In this document: piece after piece, positions 16,779 through 20,000 of the stretch
Numbering within the stretch: position 1 is the stretch's first letter
How the letters are laid out: the number at the start of each line of letters is the position of its first letter
IMG/VR virus record: IMGVR_UViG_3300002092_000043
Location: 52,963 to 72,962 of that record
DNA length: 20,000 bases
Source of the DNA: an uncultured virus (IMG/VR IMGVR_UViG_3300002092_000043)
Lineage: Duplodnaviria > Heunggongvirae > Uroviricota > Caudoviricetes
Strand: one strand, 5' to 3'
The notes under the pieces: generated by a model
Databases searched by the model: none
What the model was told of the DNA's origin: nothing
The model's input: only the letters and a program-made list of their open reading frames with translations
Translations under genes and position numbers: made by a program

Positions 16779-18362
16779 CTAGAAAAAAGGATTAGAAGAT
16801 GCCAAAACTTCAGGCATTACCAAAGACTCTGTTAAAGAGCAGGCAATGGATAAAGAGTCAACAAAATCGTCATGAGCGTAGGCTTCGTCTGGGGCTGCTA
16901 CAAGAAAGTTAGGTCCCTTAAACTGTACTTCGGCATCTGTCATTTGTTGGTAGAAGCGTTTCCAAGTACGAAGTCTCCTGGTCTTGGCATGGGCAGGCCA
17001 AGAAATCATTTCTCGTTGAATGAGGGCCTGTAAATGTTTCCAACGTTTTGACTGCTCTGAAGGAGAAGACGTTAATGGAGAAACTTCTGCTCTAGGAATT
17101 AGAAGTTTTAGTCTTTGAGCAACAGCATCACCTACACCGTTAGCATCCACACCTATTGCAAGAACATCGTAATTCTCTAAAAAGTTAACTATTTGGAAAT
17201 ACTGTTCTTCCCAGTCATCGCCTTGCAACTCCATCCAATTAAGGATTCGGTGTTCAAAATAACCAAACTCATCTGGGCGGTCCCAGTCAACCCACACAAC
17301 TGTTACTACAGTGGAGTCAGTTTTACGGGCAGGGTCAATACCAACTACTACTGGAGTTTTATGCCAAGACTTTACTAACTCTGAAGAAGTATCTCCAAGT
17401 TTGTCCATAACACTTGAGGTAACAAACATTCCTCTTTCAAGAAGCCATTTACAGTTGTATGACATTTGGAATTCATCGGAGTCTTCTCCAATGCGAAGCA
17501 TTTCTCGCTTGATGTGCGTTGCGTAGTTAGGGTTAATTTTTGCTACTTCTTTCCAGTCCCATTGGAAATGGTTTTGACGTGAACTTTTACCTGTTTGACG
17601 TCGTTTGTTTAATTGAATAGCACGGTAAAAATTGTTCTTACTTGTTGTAGGAGTCCCTGTTTTAACCATGGTTCCTGCGTAGTATGCCAACATAGGTGAA
17701 ATAGATTTAGAAACAGTAAAATCATCTGCTTCTTGACATTCGTCAATAACAATTAAATGNAAAGACTTAGACTCAATTTTTGCACGAGGGTTAGCGGTCA
17801 TCATCGTGATTGTTGAGCCAGACTTCTTCAACTTAATTTGACGAGTAACTCCTCCTACACGAGCCGCAGCATCGTCAATTTCTGGGTCTCCCATAATTTC
17901 AATTGCACGCTCAGAAGTAAGACGTGTTACTGCACGACCAAAGAGAGTTTCAACCTGTCCTTCAGTAGGTGCAAATAGTCCCACCCATAGACCATCTTTA
18001 AACTTACCAAGAAGGTCTGGGTATAATTTTGCAAGACGTGGAAGTAGAACCATAAGTGTGGCTACTACGTCAGCAACAGTTTCTGATTTACCGGACTGAC
18101 GTGCAGCAAGTGCAGTAATTTCTTCTCCGTCGTTAATGATTACGGATTCAATGATGCGTCTTGCTAAAGGTTTTTGGTATGGGTGTAGGTCATGCCCTAC
18201 AAGAACTTTAAGAAAGTCCATAATTTTATCAACAAGTTTTGAAACAAATTGTTGGGAAAGTTCGTCTAGTTCTTCTACTTTTTCTTCTTGAACAGGCTCT
18301 TCATCTTGTAAATAGAACTCAGGATTAATTTCCTCGAACTTCTCGTCATCATAACTTTCCAT
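16779..18362 (-). CDS. terL: Terminase large subunit
   Basis: Adenine-binding LHPYQ, Walker A ARQSGKS, Walker B LIVIDECQ, coupling motif TGTP, RNase H-like VGIDPA and HDDFVDS. RBS GGAG favours ATG 18362 (MESYDD). One ambiguous base at 17760. Confidence 0.93.
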   Translation of the reverse strand: MESYDDEKFEEINPEFYLQDEEPVQEEKVEELDELSQQFVSKLVDKIMDFLKVLVGHDLHPYQKPLARRIIESVIINDGEEITALAARQSGKSETVADVVATLMVLLPRLAKLYPDLLGKFKDGLWVGLFAPTEGQVETLFGRAVTRLTSERAIEIMGDPEIDDAAARVGGVTRQIKLKKSGSTITMMTANPRAKIESKSXHLIVIDECQEADDFTVSKSISPMLAYYAGTMVKTGTPTTSKNNFYRAIQLNKRRQTGKSSRQNHFQWDWKEVAKINPNYATHIKREMLRIGEDSDEFQMSYNCKWLLERGMFVTSSVMDKLGDTSSELVKSWHKTPVVVGIDPARKTDSTVVTVVWVDWDRPDEFGYFEHRILNWMELQGDDWEEQYFQIVNFLENYDVLAIGVDANGVGDAVAQRLKLLIPRAEVSPLTSSPSEQSKRWKHLQALIQREMISWPAHAKTRRLRTWKRFYQQMTDAEVQFKGPNFLVAAPDEAYAHDDFVDSLSIACSLTESLVMPEVLASSNPFF

Positions 18363-18372
18363 TTGACTCCAT

Positions 18373-18441
18373 AAATAGCGAGACCCACTTGCGTGGGCCA
18401 TCGCCTGACCAAGAGAGAGGTAAAGCAAGCAAAGCGTAACA
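18373..18441 (-). ncRNA. Candidate short structured RNA or terminase leader
   Basis: Extended -10-like TGTTACGCT (18441-18433), then a CU-rich-loop hairpin, then GGCGA-T-GGCCCAC-GCAA-GTGGGTC-TCGCT (GNRA tetraloop) followed by ATTT. Confidence 0.45.
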
Positions 18442-18443
18442 CA

Positions 18444-18677
18444 TTAATTGCGTCGTCTCAACTCTTTAGCAATGGCATGGAACGCTTCTGCGCCCATGAC
18501 TACTTCATCAAGCATTTCGTCACTTGGGTTCTTCTGCCAAGCGGATATACATTTCCCAATCGTGAACATCGAGTGTTCCATCCATTGCACCAAGTCTGGT
18601 GTAGAAATCTTCGACACTCTCTTCTCTATACGAGTCTGGGGCTGGTGTCCACCCTGCTTCTTCCGTAAAATCATCAT
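18444..18677 (-). CDS. Small helical hypothetical protein (77 aa), overlapping the upstream gene
   Basis: GGGAAG RBS-like sequence upstream; amphipathic helical sequence; ends just before the putative promoter. Confidence 0.6.
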   Translation of the reverse strand: MMILRKKQGGHQPQTRIEKRVSKISTPDLVQWMEHSMFTIGKCISAWQKNPSDEMLDEVVMGAEAFHAIAKELRRRN

Positions 18678-18915
18678 ATGTAACTTCCCGTGTTTTTAGT
18701 GCGCCTGATAATGCTTCTTCTTCACTTTTAGTGCCAGTCCAACGTCCACACACTAGTGCTTTGTAGTTAGGCAGTCTAAGTATAAAGGGTTTTGATGTTC
18801 TGAAGGGTTCTTCAATCTCTTGTGTCCAACCACGAACCGCAATCTTATTACCCCAATCGTAGGGGAATTTAGTAATTTGAACAAATACTGGTCCGATGTT
18901 ATGCACCTTTGGCAT
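18520..18915 (-). CDS. Hypothetical protein (131 aa)
   Basis: Starts 2 nt after the upstream stop, with RBS AAAGGA; protein-like composition. Confidence 0.7.
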   Translation of the reverse strand: MPKVHNIGPVFVQITKFPYDWGNKIAVRGWTQEIEEPFRTSKPFILRLPNYKALVCGRWTGTKSEEEALSGALKTREVTYDDFTEEAGWTPAPDSYREESVEDFYTRLGAMDGTLDVHDWEMYIRLAEEPK

Positions 18916-18917
18916 TG

Positions 18918-19634
18918 CTATTTCCTTTTCTTAGCCGCCTTTGCTTGAGCAGCAGTTTTGTACGTTGCCTTTGTTTGTCCGGTTCCTTTGCCTTTTTTAC
19001 CAAGTTGAACTCCACGGCTAAAGCGGTAGAACGCTTCACGTGCGCCTTTAGAAAGTGTAGTGTCATCAGCATAACCACGTGGCTTAAAATCCAACATACG
19101 GTAAATAACTGCGCCCTTAGAACGGTTTGCTTTAAACGCTGCCCATTCACTTGAGTCTACTTCGTAATAATTATAAAGAGTTCCATCACGGAACATAACA
19201 GTGAGTTTTTCTTCATCCTCATCATAACCAGCGGCAACTGTGCGAGGACGTTGTGGGTTAGTTGTAGAAGTTGGTACTAAAGTCAATGGTGCTGGAGAAG
19301 TATCTTCTTCATTTTGAGGTCCAGAATAACCAGGTACTCGTAGGTCTCCTGTTAATTCAACAACTTCGTAAAACTGACGGCTGAGTTGAGTATCCATAGA
19401 GTATGGGTCACCAGCAAGGTTGTTGTACTTAGTTGGGTCATAAAAATCCATAGATTGGTCATTGTCTAACCAAGCATCTGAAATGGTTTTAAACTCTGCT
19501 TTAGTTGCGGTTACTGGAACACCGCTAAATTCATCTCCAAAAACACTGGAGCCAATACTGTTGAGCAACTCTTGAGCAGACGGAAGGGAGCGCCGTGTAC
19601 CACGTGCTCCACTACCGCCTGCTGTTCGAGCCAT
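18918..19634 (-). CDS. KTSC-domain protein with basic tails (238 aa)
   Basis: VAAGYDEDEEKLTVMFRDGTLYNYYEVDSSEWAAFKANRSKGAVI matches the KTSC consensus (GYD....L.V.F..G..Y.Y..V...y..f..a.SKG). Confidence 0.75.
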   Translation of the reverse strand: MARTAGGSGARGTRRSLPSAQELLNSIGSSVFGDEFSGVPVTATKAEFKTISDAWLDNDQSMDFYDPTKYNNLAGDPYSMDTQLSRQFYEVVELTGDLRVPGYSGPQNEEDTSPAPLTLVPTSTTNPQRPRTVAAGYDEDEEKLTVMFRDGTLYNYYEVDSSEWAAFKANRSKGAVIYRMLDFKPRGYADDTTLSKGAREAFYRFSRGVQLGKKGKGTGQTKATYKTAAQAKAAKKRK

Positions 19635-19640
19635 TTGTTA

Positions 19641-20000
19641 TTAGGACGCTGCTGCCCAAGGAGTTGTTGTAACTGTTGCACCAACTGCTACAGATTGACC
19701 TGCTGCAGTTCCTTGTGCCTTAATTGTTCCAACAAGGCCGTTTACGGAACCAGACTTACCTGTAAGTGCAACTGTAGTTGTGTCTGCAGTCACTACTGTA
19801 AAGGTGTTAGTTGCGTTAGCAGTTACTGTGTATGTACCGTTGAGGAATGCGTCAGAGTTAGAGAACCCTGAAACAATTACCTTAGTACCAACTGCGTAGG
19901 CTGCTCCTGCGCCTGATGCTGTAAACACTAGGTTACTAGAGCCTGAAGTACGTGAGATTGCTGTTACTGTCTTAGCAGCATTTGTTGCTGCAGTTTGTAC
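19641..20000 (-). CDS. 3' part of an Ala/Thr-rich protein with PASTA-like C-terminus; start lies outside the window
   Basis: The frame is open to the window edge (VQTAATNAAKTVTAISRTSGSSNLVFTASG...). It ends GTIKAQGTAAGQSVAVGATVTTTPW, resembling the second half of a PASTA repeat. Confidence 0.6.
   Translation of the reverse strand, partial: VQTAATNAAKTVTAISRTSGSSNLVFTASGAGAAYAVGTKVIVSGFSNSDAFLNGTYTVTANATNTFTVVTADTTTVALTGKSGSVNGLVGTIKAQGTAAGQSVAVGATVTTTPWAAAS

Noticed and set aside
16779..18362. Intein in terminase, or a frameshift at the ambiguous base 17760
   Set aside because: Length and motif spacing are normal, no C/S...HN intein ends are present, and the N is a single base that preserves the frame.
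1967..19871. Plus-strand and nested short ORFs in the ORF track
   Set aside because: They are antisense or alternate-frame shadows of well-supported minus-strand genes, with no recognisable motifs.
1..20000. tRNA or rRNA genes, or alternative genetic code
   Set aside because: Intergenic gaps are short and show no cloverleaf; genes tile densely under the standard code, with TAA, TAG and TGA all used as stops.

Overview
This window is part of a tailed-phage (Caudoviricetes) genome. Every credible gene lies on the minus strand, and together they form a virion morphogenesis module. In transcription order (right to left) the genes are: a truncated PASTA-like protein, a KTSC-domain protein, two overlapping small ORFs, terminase large subunit, a free-standing endonuclease VII-type (HNH) nuclease, two small proteins, portal, scaffold, N4-gp56-like major capsid protein, a second endonuclease VII-type nuclease, a small protein, and an adaptor-like protein with an Ig/BppU-like C-terminus. 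A cluster of fibre and collagen-like proteins follows, one alternating Gly-X-Y segments with C1q/BclA-like domains, then an Mtd-N protein, a glycosidase-like beta-propeller plus TPR gene pair, and small paralogous virion-type proteins. The overall style suggests a phage of freshwater low-GC Actinobacteria, which is an inference. The most unusual signals are non-coding. Three intergenic hairpins expose CU-rich, anti-Shine-Dalgarno-like loops, and one of them looks like a self-contained ~55-nt RNA with its own promoter and terminator. Hairpins also occlude the translation start regions of both mobile endonuclease genes. All domain calls come from motif recognition by eye, not from database searches.
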